Assembly: GCA_051294375.1 (NCBI GenBank) | Contig: CM119266.1 | Span: forward strand, 9,804,538-9,868,363 | Source: Paraspadella gotoi | Lineage: Eukaryota; Animalia; Chaetognatha | Reading direction: 5' to 3' | Length of the DNA stretch: 63,826 nucleotides | Shown here: one piece after another, positions 53,001 to 63,826 of the stretch | Layout: every line of letters starts with the position of its first letter | Numbering within the stretch: position 1 is the stretch's first letter | The notes under the pieces: model-generated | What the model saw: the letters and a program-made list of their open reading frames with translations, nothing else | Databases searched by the model: none | What the model was told of the DNA's origin: nothing | Position numbers and translations under genes: made by a program

Positions 53001-53721
53001 GTCCGGACGAAGGTAGGTGACCAAGATGCAAACGTGAAATTTTTACAACCGGAACCCGCTTCAAACGTTCCCGTGATGAATTTTTTTTTAATTGTTTTCT
53101 TCAGACGAGAGAGCGCCGTTCTGTAGTCGGCCAGCTCCAAGGTTGGCACGAGTCTGACCGTTTTAACGACATTGCGATATTTGCGGCATCCCCCTGGACT
53201 GACGCGATACATGTCCCCATCATCGGCCGACGTGGAATCGTCATTCTCCTCTTCTTCTCCGTCAACGCTATCTTTTCCTTGGTGATCGACTTTGAACGGA
53301 AATCGATGACCGAGGGTCGACCCCGGTTTGACGCCAACGTCTTGACGTCATCGTCCGTCGTCGTACAGTCATCATCGGTCCCACGACCAAGCCTCAGGCG
53401 AGTCTATCGGTGGCGTCCTCCGCCCCTCTCGCCTATTTCCCTCCTCCAACCTGAGGTCCTCGTTCCTCCAAAACAGATCGACTGCAACAGGGAAGTTGAT
53501 CGTCGTCGACGGGGGGTCCGTTGTCGTTGTTGTTGTTGACGGAACGTCCGCTGTTGCTGTCTGCTCCTCCTCAACAACTTCCAAACCGGTTTTCCCCGGT
53601 TCGCGAACGAAAGGAATCGGCGAGTAGTCGGGAGAGGAGTCGTAGAACAAGGAAAGTTTCGCTTTCGGTATCTTCCTTTCACTCGATTCGTCAACGCTTT
53701 GTCATCGTTAAAAGAAGCCAT
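47039..53721 (-). CDS. pPolB: Protein-primed family B DNA polymerase of Polinton/Maverick (adintovirus) type, multi-exon, with many 1-bp indels in this assembly
   Basis: Manual minus-strand translation, allowing 1-bp shifts, gives the Polinton pPolB motifs in the expected order: KKAVTNV..NCLLISAILAGLHP (~52631); AINAYSY..VNLL..SSHFCTINSMSRL (~52305); KHVCPR|CL; ExoI HPYVIYADF(E) (51990-51973); ATHCDCCH..VLDHCW.TGNYR (~51579-51490); ExoII FHNMNFD (51345-51325); ExoIII YNIIDV (50334-50317); IRGG..RYAVANN; motif A QDF..LY|G (~50026-50005); motif B YKTIVNSLY(G)K|TIE (49450-49419); motif C DT|DS (49006-49001/48930-48925); LGCLK-D|E..LKPKCYS (48577-48557); FE|DKRFW (47444); then an acidic tail. Both ends are approximate. 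Confidence 0.92.
48931..49000 (-). other. Spliceosomal intron (70 nt, GT..AG, phase 0) splitting pPolB motif C (DT|DS)
   Basis: Minus strand reads GAC ACG|gtgatttt...attaattag|GAT TCC TTC. Removing the intron joins D-T-D-S-F in frame. Confidence 0.85.
52135..52213 (-). other. pPolB intron with non-canonical GC-type donor, strong branch point and polypyrimidine tract
   Basis: TGT CCT AG|gccaagt...tcactaac (52170-52163)...cttcag|A TGT CTT. Splicing restores the C-P-R-C zinc-binding motif. Confidence 0.65.
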
Positions 53722-55236
53722 CTGTTTGATTTTAAAAATATTTATTTACAAATTTTTCCAACAAGTCAAACATCATTTCGCCGTTTAAACAAATTTTATC
53801 AGAGTCCATTTCATTAGCGCCTTCTAAAGTTATTCTCTAAATGATAGTTTATAATAGTCATACAAATTTAGTCGAAATTTATTTTATTACAGTCGTATAA
53901 CGATTCTCTAATTATGGGGTAAAAATAGGCTACATGAGGATATAATATTTTTATTACTAGATATTTCTTACTACTCTAATAATTAATTTTTTCAAAAACT
54001 TTGATCAGTTGTAGGATTTGTCATTGTAAGCTAAATCAGTTTCGGAAAATGCCAAAAAGCAACCAGTTTTCAAAGTGTTTAATTAAAAAATGTACATTAT
54101 CGGGGGTCCAGGTGAGATTCCCGTCGGCATTGGCTCAACTTACGATGGATGGATGGAACTTGTGACTCGATTTTGACAAACGTGATGGAGACGTTCGAAG
54201 AGATCGAATTTCCTCCTTGAGAACGGTCAGATGGTTCAAGAGTTGACCCTCCGCGCCGCCAATTCTCTCCGAGGAACAGTTAGTTTGATTTGGAAACGGT
54301 GGAAGGACGAACAACGTCGGTGAAGTATATACACAACGAGTAATATAAACAGTTAATGTGAAAGCATAGCTTTTGCAAGTTCGACAGGATTCAAAAAAAT
54401 TATTTATTTCCAAATTGAAAGCCATTTTTTCTTTAAAAAAATAAAATTAAATAATCATTACGATTGTTTACTAAATTTTCATAGGTTGATTAAGAAATAT
54501 GCGCATCTATGATTGCAAGAACATTGCGGCGGACGACAGAGATTCGACGACGATGTTCATTTGTACATCAGAGTCTCCTAACACCTTTCTACGCATTGTC
54601 GCCATCTATCAAAATTTTCCCCTAAATTTTCTACGTTAAATTTATGGAAAAATGAGCGGTATCTTAATAAATTGATCAGAAAATCTTCCCCTTCTCCAAT
54701 GCCTAACTTCTATACAATTTTAAAATTTTTATAACATATCGTATATGTTTCAAAAAAATATCTCGCAAAGAATGTAAATATTGTCCTATTTCAAAAATTA
54801 AGCTACGAATTCCATTCTTACTGTGTTGATTACCTTCGACGTGTAAATATTCGATGAAAAAGACATAAATTTTAAAGGATTTTAGTACTAATTTTGAAAG
54901 AAGGAAAAGCTTAGATTTTTTTAGGCTGGTCAATGTCCGGATTTGGAAGCTCGTGGTCAAAAAGGAAAAGTTTTTTTCTGTATGTTCTCAAGTCCCGGAT
55001 CGTTCTCGGCATCTACCGGCGGAAAACTATTCTTCCCGATCTCGCGTGAAACCTCGAGACGATGATGAGACGGTGTGGTCCACCACTCGGTATTCGCGAT
55101 GAAACAGATGGTGAGTTTCCATCAAGACTCGAAGCATGAACGTCAGCTTCTGCAAAAAACTCGATCGATGGGCCACGTAACCACCGTTGGAATGGGATCT
55201 ACCCGCAAATTGTTCCATCTCCATCATCTCCGCCAT
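53722..55236 (-). CDS. Unknown coding region directly upstream of pPolB; either an N-terminal extension of pPolB or a separate gene
   Basis: ATG at 55236 (MAEMMEME..). ORF pieces 55027-55236, 54703-54960 and 54135-54425, plus protein-like fragments (ADGNLTWTPDNVHFLIKHFENWLLFG; GANEMDSDKICLNGEMMFDLLEKFVNKYF), run up to the pPolB region with no clear intergenic gap. No family recognised. Confidence 0.5.
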
Positions 55237-56570
55237 GATTATCTTTTCTCAAAAAAACACAAATTTTATACGGAAAGTTAAACCACAAATTTCTTCTACG
55301 AAGATTGACAAATTAAAATTAAAATTAAAATTAAAAGATTAAAGATTTCTCTAATTGTCTTTTAGCCTCTAATTGTCTTTTTAGCCCTCTTATTTGCCCG
55401 CCCACGTCGTAATCGTCCTCGTCATCGGTCATCCTCCTCGTCGCGACAACGGGACTTCTCCTCTTTCGCGAAATCCATCAGCGATTGGAATTCCAAGAGA
55501 GAAAGATAAACGGTTCCCCAGATTTATCATCACCGTCTTGGTTTGACAGTTGCGGCGGTAAAATGGTACAAACTTTAGAAAAAAATATTATTTTTTTATC
55601 AGATAAGTGATTAAATGACAGAAATAAAAATAAAAAAGTACCGCAATTGAACGGTGGTCCTGCGCGAGCGGAGAGACTTGATTCGGCGCTTTCCAATAAG
55701 AAAGCGCCAGCGATAGCGAACGAGAGATAAAGACGCGATCGCCGGTTACGTTATTATACCCAGATGTCTCGCAAGTACTATATATAATAATATTTTTTAT
55801 TTATAAATTTCTTTTTAAAACCGGAAAATAAAAAATTCACTCTGGAAATGGCAATGTCGGTACGTAGGATTGTCTACGTACCGACGGATAAAGCGTCTAA
55901 TTCTGCGAAAGGTAAGCTTAAGCTTATAGATGACCGGAGACGATGACGATGACGAAGAGCCGAGCTGGAACCGCCGGAAGAAGAGTTCGTATTTCTCCTT
56001 CTTTTATGACAACGTGGAGTGGTTTCAGCGGACGATTACGGCGTAGGAGACAAGGGAATCGTCATGGAACTAATTGAGAGGCAAAAAAAAAAAAGTAAGA
56101 AAATTGATTCATTCATTCTTTATTCATTCATTCATTCATTTCATTTATTCATTCATTCATTCATTTATTCATTCATTTCATAATCTTACGGGATCGATTT
56201 GACGTTGTTATATTTGTCGTTTTCAGCCTTAATGGCTTCCAAGGACAAACTAATTAAAAAAATACATAAATATGTAATATATTAAATGTCTCGTGTAATA
56301 AGAAGAGGAAAATGATGGAACAATTTAACTATTTTTTACTTACTGAACTTCTTCATTTCTATCACCGCGGTCCCTCCAGCCCGCTTAGTGCGAGAAAATT
56401 GTGCCATTCTCTTTCTTTTTACCGATGTTCGGCGCAAGTGTTTCACCTTTTTTCTACAAAGAACGAAAAAATTAAATTAAGTTCCGCGTATATTATATAT
56501 ATTCAAAATTACCTTAAATTTAAATTTTTTTTTTTAAAGAATTAATGACATCAAAATTAATTGAACGAGT

Positions 56571-56789
56571 TCAACGTCTCTCGTCGTCACGATTAATTTT
56601 ATTTTCTTTACACCCTTGGCAAAGGGTAAATAAATTAGTCTTACAAGTTGGACATACAGCGTTATCTTTATCATTAATTAATAATTTTTCGTAACAAAAA
56701 ATACAAGTTGGATGGCGCTCCCGACAAACGATGGTGCGCCGCTTGGGCAGAAAAATCTCTCGTAACAGACTGGACAACGCATAGACATA
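56571..56789 (-). CDS. Exon encoding a C3HC4-type RING finger (part of a multi-exon gene, ~55.4-58.5 kb)
   Basis: After the acceptor tttacag (56800): MSMRCPVCYE(1-bp shift)..VCRERHPTCIFCYEKLLINDKDNAVCPTCK, i.e. C-x2-C...C-x3-H-x2-C-x2-C...C-x2-C. Flanking GTAAG donors at ~57196, ~56344 and ~56189. Confidence 0.7.
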   Translation of the reverse strand, partial: YVYALSSLLREIFLPKRRTIVCRERHPTCIFCYEKLLINDKDNAVCPTCKTNLFTLCQGCKENKINRDDERR

Positions 56790-57392
56790 CTGTCGGGTCT
56801 GTAAATAGGTGAGAAAAAAAAGGTTCTTATTTATACCATACTGAAAGCACTTGAAATGTCAAAAGTCAAGAATAAGTGGCTCGGTTTTGTGATTACACCA
56901 GTGTGTAATTTTTATTTTTTTCCCTCTATCTCTGTATTATCAAAAAAATCTTTGGCTACCGTTCCGCCGGCCTTATCGATTCTTTTTAAAAGAAATCAGT
57001 CTCGTTCCAAAATCGTCGTTGTAATAACGTTGTAATAACGGCTAAAAAATGAAAAAACTATCCTTACAACTTCGTTAATCTTTTACTTACTATTAAAGAT
57101 GTTTTTTGCGTGGTGGACCCGATCAGGTAAACTCGTTAGTAATACTTTATTTTATTAATATTGTTTAATAATAAAAAAATCCATTAAGATACTTACGGTA
57201 AAACCGAAAGGGTCAACCGGTGAAGAAAACGCGTCCCCCTTTCTGGTGGACGAAAAAGTCAACGACGATGGTTAAGACGACGACGGTTTCCATCACGACA
57301 CCACCATGGAGCTACGACCACGAGCGAGATGAAAACGAAAAGAAGTGAGCGAGACGAACAAAATGACGATGACGACCAAAAGAGGTAGCCGC

Positions 57393-57558
57393 AACGACCA
57401 GGGCGAATGGAGACGACTGGGGAATTGGCAAACGACCATGGACGAGTTGAGACGACTGAAGAATTGGCGGAACGACCCATGGACGAGTTGAGGCGACTGA
57501 AGATTGGCCAACGACCCATGGACAAGTTGAGACGACTGAAGATTGGCGAAACGATGGA
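57393..57558. repeat. Four tandem ~39-bp units, probably coding (13-aa repeat) within the RING-gene region
   Basis: aacgacc(c)atggacgagttgagacgactgaagattggc starts at 57393, 57431, 57471 and 57510. Confidence 0.85.
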
Positions 57559-58689
57559 AACAAACGATTGGCTCGACAAAGACGGAAGAGACGACGACAA
57601 CCGATGGACCCACCCATCGCCATGGAATCGACGAAACGACCAAAATTGATGAAACAAAAAGCACGAGCGGCAAAATGTATACTTGGACAACGATGATGAC
57701 AACGATGATGACAACGAGGATAACAAATGGATGATGGAATTCATACTACTAGTATGATGGAACAAAATAAAACCGCTTCAAAAATAACTAACCCATGGAC
57801 TAGTTCCATACGGTTATGAGAGATTCGACCCATTTCGTTGGGAATACCAAAACTGTAAACTGCAACACGGAGAATAAAGGAAGAAGGAGATTTAACGATG
57901 AATTTGGTGATAAATTTTTTACAGTCGGGATTGAGCGTAGGAATCTTATTTGGTTTTTTCACCATTTTATTAAAGTAAATAAATTAATTCAACATCAAAT
58001 TAAAAAAAAATCGACCCTCTCCGCCCAAACGAACGTCGAGCATTAATAAATACTAAAAAGAAAAAATAAGAGTATTAGAAAATATAAAGAAACAGGGAGA
58101 GATCCTGATTCCGGGAAGAAGAGGAATTCGATGGCGAAGTGGACCGCAAAAAACCTTCGCATCTCTGTTGAAAAAAAAAAGAAAATTAAGGAGAATTATA
58201 AACTTACCTTTCTGGAAAGTAAAAATAATAAAGGTTTGAGAATTCGGTGATACCATTGTCATCGTCTTCTTCGACGAAGACAATTATCACGAAGAAACAA
58301 CGTTTATAGAACTACATGAGGAAAACCCACTTCATTAAAAACATTTGGAAATATTGATAAAAAGAAAACCAAAATTTGAAATGACGTACGAAACTGACGA
58401 AATAAAGTGGAGAAACTATGAAAGCGAAAGTGAACAAATATTGGTAAAACACTATCTAGCATAGTAATTCCCAAACATTCATTCGTCCTAAAAAAATCCA
58501 AACGCGATGCCGAACTTATTTGAATAAACAATAAGAGAGTGGGGGGTGAATAGAGGGAACTAAAAATTATTTGTTAATTTTTTTTGACCAATTTTATTAC
58601 TATAAACTAGAAAAATATCCGACACTGTGTAGATCTTATCAATAAACAAAAGACGTAAAGAGGTTCGATGAGAAAGAGCACACCTGCGG

Positions 58690-58733
58690 TTTCGCGCGGC
58701 TAAAAAGCGTTACGTCAGCATTTTTTTACGTCA
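58690..58733. promoter_or_regulatory. E2F-like site plus two ATF/CRE-like sites upstream of the minus-strand RING/pPolB cluster
   Basis: TTTCGCGC at 58690-58697; TTACGTCA at 58710-58717 and 58726-58733. Confidence 0.4.
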
Positions 58734-59310
58734 GAATTTTTTCTGGCAGTCGCAGACAGTCAGCCAGATAGAAAAAGATAAGAAAGTCTAGTCGAATCGA
58801 TTCGCTAAAACGAAAGTGCGATTTGTACCGTTCTTATCTGAGTAACTTGATTTAAGCGATAAGTTTCGAGCGGCGCGAATCTTTTATCCTGGTCAAGGTG
58901 TGGTCAAACTGTGACCACGGTCTCAGTCAGCTAAACATCGGCTAAACGATCCGTCGAAATCAAAACGCAGCTGGCGGTTTTCACAGAGTGATAATCAACA
59001 GCTTAGAAAATCGTTACGACAGCTCTTTCTGTGAATCTTGATAAAGCGATAGTTTTTTGAGTTCGAGTGTCCGCAAACCTTATCAAAGATGGCCAGAAGG
59101 TGTAATAGTATATCTTGACGATGACGACGGCGATGATGTCACAGATATGATATCGACGATATCCTGCATAAAGGATGACGTTGACGACGACGCTGTGACT
59201 CTCTCTCTCTCTCTCTCTCTTNNNNNNNNNNNNNNNNNNNNNNNNNCCGCCTCTCCCGACGCCCCCGTCTCTCTCGGCGCCATTCCTGACAAAAACGCAC
59301 CGCGCATATA

Positions 59311-59530
59311 TTCCGGCACCCGATTCCCGGCACCAATGCCCTGACGACCATTTTCCGGCATCCATTTCCCGGCGCCCATCTTTCAGCCTGTTTCCCGGCA
59401 CTAATGTCCGAACGCCAATTTTCCGGCACCCAGTTCCCACACAATGTCCCGGCACCCAATTCCCGCACAATGTCCCGGCACCAGTGTTCCGGTACCCATT
59501 TTCCTCCACCAATGTCCCGGCGCCCATTTC
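59311..59530 (+). repeat. Array of about 16 degenerate ~14-bp units (tttcccggcaccca-like)
   Basis: Recurrent (t/g)tcc(c)ggc(a/g)cc core at ~13-14 bp spacing. Confidence 0.85.
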
Positions 59531-59646
59531 TCGGTCGCGGGGCGCAGTTTCGAGTTGGGACGAATTTTCTTTTTTTCTCCTGAGAAACGAATTATATTTC
59601 CTTTTCTTCTTCTTGAAAAAAATCCCTTTTCGCGTCTTTTTACGGT

Positions 59647-59765
<119 letters not shown>

Positions 59766-60337
59766 AACTCGAAACTGGGTGAAGAAACTCAGTCGTCGTC
59801 AAGCAAGTTTTTTGATCGGCCCCCAGAGGGTTAGGGTTAAAGTCTTAGGGGTGAAGGCGATCGTGAGAGTGGTGAATTAACTCCCAATCCACCTTTAGCG
59901 TTTTAACATTCTTACTCACTGTCTAAGTGTCTATTAAAATCTAATGTCTAATGTCTAATGTCTAATGTGTCTAATAAAATCGCAGAAAATTAATCCGACC
60001 CGAGAGCCAGTTCAGATTGTGAGCTGAAAAATTCCATATCCGATAAGATAAATGTCAATGAGAATGGTACTTATGGTACAAAAAAAAATGAAATTATTAG
60101 TATGAAATTAACAGGATGGTCATTCATGAAAAGTTTCAGAGAAAGCTCTGATCATGGCATGAAATTGGTACAACTTCAATTCCTTCAATAAATAAGCTAT
60201 CTTGCCCGTGGATTTTGGCTTCTTTATCAATAAAGCGGTATAATCTTTTATGAACAGTTTCAACTGTATAAAAGTATAACTTCCTTAGGTATTGCATTGT
60301 ATTGTATTGTATCACATTGTATTGCATTTCATTGCAG

Positions 60338-60529
60338 CACAAACTAAGACGCATATCGCTGCTAATTGGGGCAGTGTTGTCTCGCATTTCGATTCAATCC
60401 CATCGAGAGAGGCGACCTCTTTCCCAACATTCCACACAAAAACCCGATGGCAGAGAATATAAGAAGCCGCTGGCGATTTCGATGGCGGAAGAGGAAAAGA
60501 CGCTCATTCCTGTCGATGGCGTCCGAAGG
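60338..60529 (+). CDS. Probable internal exon of an unidentified gene
   Basis: Bounded by the acceptor ttcattgcag and the donor aag|gtaatt, with one open frame across it. Confidence 0.35.
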
Positions 60530-63500
60530 TAATTGGCTGCAATGGCAGATGGAATTGGCGGGTTTTGTGTGGGGGGNNNNNNNNNNNNNNNNNNNNNNNN
60601 NNNNNNNNNNNNNNNNNNNNNNNNNNNNNNNNNNNNNNNNNNNNNNNNNNNNNNNNNNNNNNNNNNNNNNNNNNNNNNNNNNNNNNNNNNNNNNNNNNNN
60701 NNNNNNNNNNNNNNNNNNNNNNNNNNNNNNNNNNNNNNNNNNNNNNNNNNGTTCTCCCATCGAAATAGTGGGTGAGCTGCGAAGGAATTGGTTCAGGGTG
60801 CGTAATATTGATGACAGGGTGAAGAGAAAAAGANNNNNNNNNNNNNNNNNNNNNNNNNNNNNNNNNNNNNNNNNNNNNNNNNNNNNNNNNNNNNNNNNNN
60901 NNNNNNNNNNNNNNNNNNNNNNNNNNNNNNNNNNNNNNNNNNNNNNNNNNNNNNNNNNNNNNNNNNNNNNNNNNNNNNNNNNNNNNNNNNNNNNNNNNNN
61001 NNNNNNNNNNNNNNNNNNNNNNNNNNNNNNNNNNNNNNNNNNNNNNNNNNNNNNNNNNNNATCTCTGCCTATCATATCTCCATCGGTTCCAGGCTGCGGC
61101 TGCTGCTGTTGCTGAATGCCTCTGCTGCTGCTGCTGTCTGCTTTTGCTGTTCGCTTCTGCTTTCTGCTTCTAGGAAAAATATGTTTTAGTTTTGATATTG
61201 ATTAGTATTTTCAAAAGTCAAAGCAATCGGGTGGGCTCATATATGACGAATAAATTTAAATCATTTCGAGCAAAAACTAAAGTGTAAACATTAGATAAAG
61301 GAACAATATAATTATAAAGGTACGAACTAAAGAGCGAACAAAGACCGAGAAAATTGGGAATAAGGAGAGAACAAAGAGCGAACAAAATCCTGTCTCTCAT
61401 CTCGTTTCTTGAGATTCGAGGTTTTCTTGGTTTCGTCTCCCGAATTCAGANNNNNNNNNNNNNNNNNNNNNNNNNNNNNNNNNNNNNNNNNNNNNNNNNN
61501 NNNNNNNNNNNNNNNNNNNNNNNNNNNNNNNNNNNNNNNNNNNNNNNNNNNNNNNNNNNNNNNNNNNNNNNNNNNNNNNNNNNNNNNNNNNNNNNNNNNN
61601 NNNNNNNNNNNNNNNNNNNNNNNNNNNNNNNNNNNNNNNNNNNNNNNNNNNNNNNNNNNNNNNNNNNNNNNNNNNNNNNNNNNNNNNNNNNNNNNNNNNN
61701 NNNNNNNNNNNNNNNNNNNNNNNNNNNNNNNNNNNNNNNNNNNNNNNNNNNNNNNNNNNNNNNNNNNNNNGACGATAAAAACGAGGCGACAGAAAAGAGA
61801 GAGAAAGAAATGGAAATATAGGGAGAAGGAGGAAGGACGACGTGTTAAAAAAGACAGATATGAGCTAAGAAGCAGAAAGAGAGCTCAGAGAAAGAAATGA
61901 GAACAAGTCTAAAAACGAAATAAGCCTGAGGACAATATTTAAAAAAAGAATTAAAAGAAAGAAAGCGAATGAAAAAAGGAAAGAATAAAAAGAGCATCAA
62001 GAGCAGGACAGAAAATAAGAAGGAAGAACTCGAGGTCCGATTATTAACTTTTATGCCCTCATTCAGTCAGACCTGTGACTCTCCTCAATCTATTTCCTCT
62101 TTCACTTTTCTCCGGGGCCANNNNNNNNNNNNNNNNNNNNNNNNNNNNNNNNNNNNNNNNNNNNNNNNNNNNNNNNNNNNNNNNNNNNNNNNNNNNNNNN
62201 NNNNNNNNNNNNNNNNNNNNNNNNNNNNNNNNNNNNNNNNNNNNNNNNNNNNNNNNNNNNNNNNNNNNNNNNNNNNTCGAGGTTCCGTTGACTCGGAAGT
62301 CGGGAAGAAAAAAGCAAATCTTTGAGAGAAAAATAAATCGTAATTTGTATTCGGTGGGAAAAAAAAAGGGGAAGGGANNNNNNNNNNNNNNNNNNNNNNN
62401 NNNNNNNNNAAAAAAGGGAAGAAAGGAAAAGAAAGTAGTAAGCTCGACATGGAGAAAGTCGGAAGAAATAAAATGTCGAATGTAGGAATATTTCTGGTAG
62501 CACATTATATGAAGTAGGTCCAATATTATAAAAAATTTTTGATAATATTTTTTCCCAGACTTTAACATGCTATGTCAAGTTAACGAATCCCTACTTCTTA
62601 CTGAAAAATTACATATATTTATATTGGTTGTACCAATTTCATATAATAAAAATATTATTAAATTTGAACAAACAGTATAAAGTTATAAACTATCCATTCA
62701 TTCCATAACCGTACTCCACAACAGGGTATTATGCAATCGTTAAAACTATATCGATTCATCGTAACTTTGTACTAGCTGCAATCATTTTTTAAAAATTCAT
62801 CTACAAGAAATTTATCGTATTATTTTACAGAAAAAAACCTCCAACACACATGGACGGACCGACTGAAAATTGTTTTTTAACGAGTCGCTCTTCGAGAGCG
62901 ATCAAAAGACGGAAAAAAAGAGAAAAGAAAAAAGAAAAGAGAAAAAGTAAAAAAAGAAAAGAAAAAAGAAAAGAGTTCTTGATTTCCTCCCTAAAGTAGC
63001 AACACAATTTCTCGCCTTCATGCATAAAACGAGAATTCGAGATCCGACGAAACCAGGACCCAAAATAGTGAGGAGGTTTGAGAAGTGATGGGGGGNNNNN
63101 NNNNNNNNNNNNNNNNNNNNNNNNNNNNNNNNNNNNNNNNNNNNNNNNNNNNNNNNNNNNNNNNNNNNNNNNNNNNNNNNNNNNNGTAGACGGGATAGGT
63201 AAGGCGGGAAAGAAGAGATCAGGTGTGGGGGTTAATAATCGAGAAGGATGAATGGTAAGTTAAGGAGAAAAGAGATTTGAAGAGATGCGCGAAAAAGAGG
63301 TGACCTTTTAGGGTGAGTACAGATGAAATGCAGATAAATACAGATGGTTGAAGACGAAGGGCGCCTAATGGTTGAAATTAGCGAAAAAAAGGAGACATTG
63401 ACGTTCGGTTGGAAAGAGATTATTTCCTACCTTCCAGTTAACTTTATGTTACTTCCTCTTTTTCTTTATTACTTCCTTTATTTCGAACTGTTTCTTCTCT

Positions 63501-63826
63501 TCTATCCTGTTACTTCTCCGTTATTTTTTTAATTCCTAAGTTCTTCCCTTTTCCTACCTCTTACTTGCCCCGCGTTCTCGTTATATCTCCCTCGTTCTTT
63601 AATCATTATTTTCTTCCCCTGTTCTCGTTATTTCCCCTTTACCTATCTATTACTTCCCCCTGTTTTGTCTCTGTTTCCTTCTGTTATTTTCATCTCCCAG
63701 AGCGAGACTTTTTACCTTTTGTTTCTTACGAACCTCAGACCTGGATTCTTTTTTTTTTCTGAAGCCTAAAGGCGATTAGCAGGCGGCAGAGACGTAAAAT
63801 AGTCGGAGACGGAATCACCGAGAGAG

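Noticed and set aside
59828-59851. Telomeric TTAGG(G) repeats marking an element end
   Set aside because: Only two scattered units, which is compatible with chance.

Overview
Draft eukaryotic scaffold, probably an invertebrate/arthropod (not determinable from sequence alone). It is rich in (GA)n, (GAC)n and homopolymer tracts, has many N gaps, and shows long-read-type indel noise, so most long ORFs in the track are artefacts. The main signal is a Polinton/Maverick (adintovirus)-type protein-primed family B DNA polymerase on the minus strand (~47.0-53.7 kb, possibly starting at 55.2 kb). It is interrupted by about 13-14 short spliceosomal introns, one of them inside the catalytic DTDS motif. 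At the other end of the window (1.1-6.6 kb) are divergent, apparently also spliced, candidates for an adenain-like maturation protease, a double-jelly-roll major capsid protein and possibly a penton. Between them lie many orphan multi-exon fragments, and a RING-finger gene sits just upstream of the polymerase. Together this suggests (inference) an unusually large (>50 kb), intron-rich endogenous Polinton-like virus. I did not recognise an integrase, packaging ATPase or terminal inverted repeats. Also present: a 271-bp perfect palindrome carrying two Penelope-type minimal hammerhead ribozymes, several tandem arrays, and a ~6.5-kb tandem duplication plus an inverted duplication that look like gap-filling artefacts.
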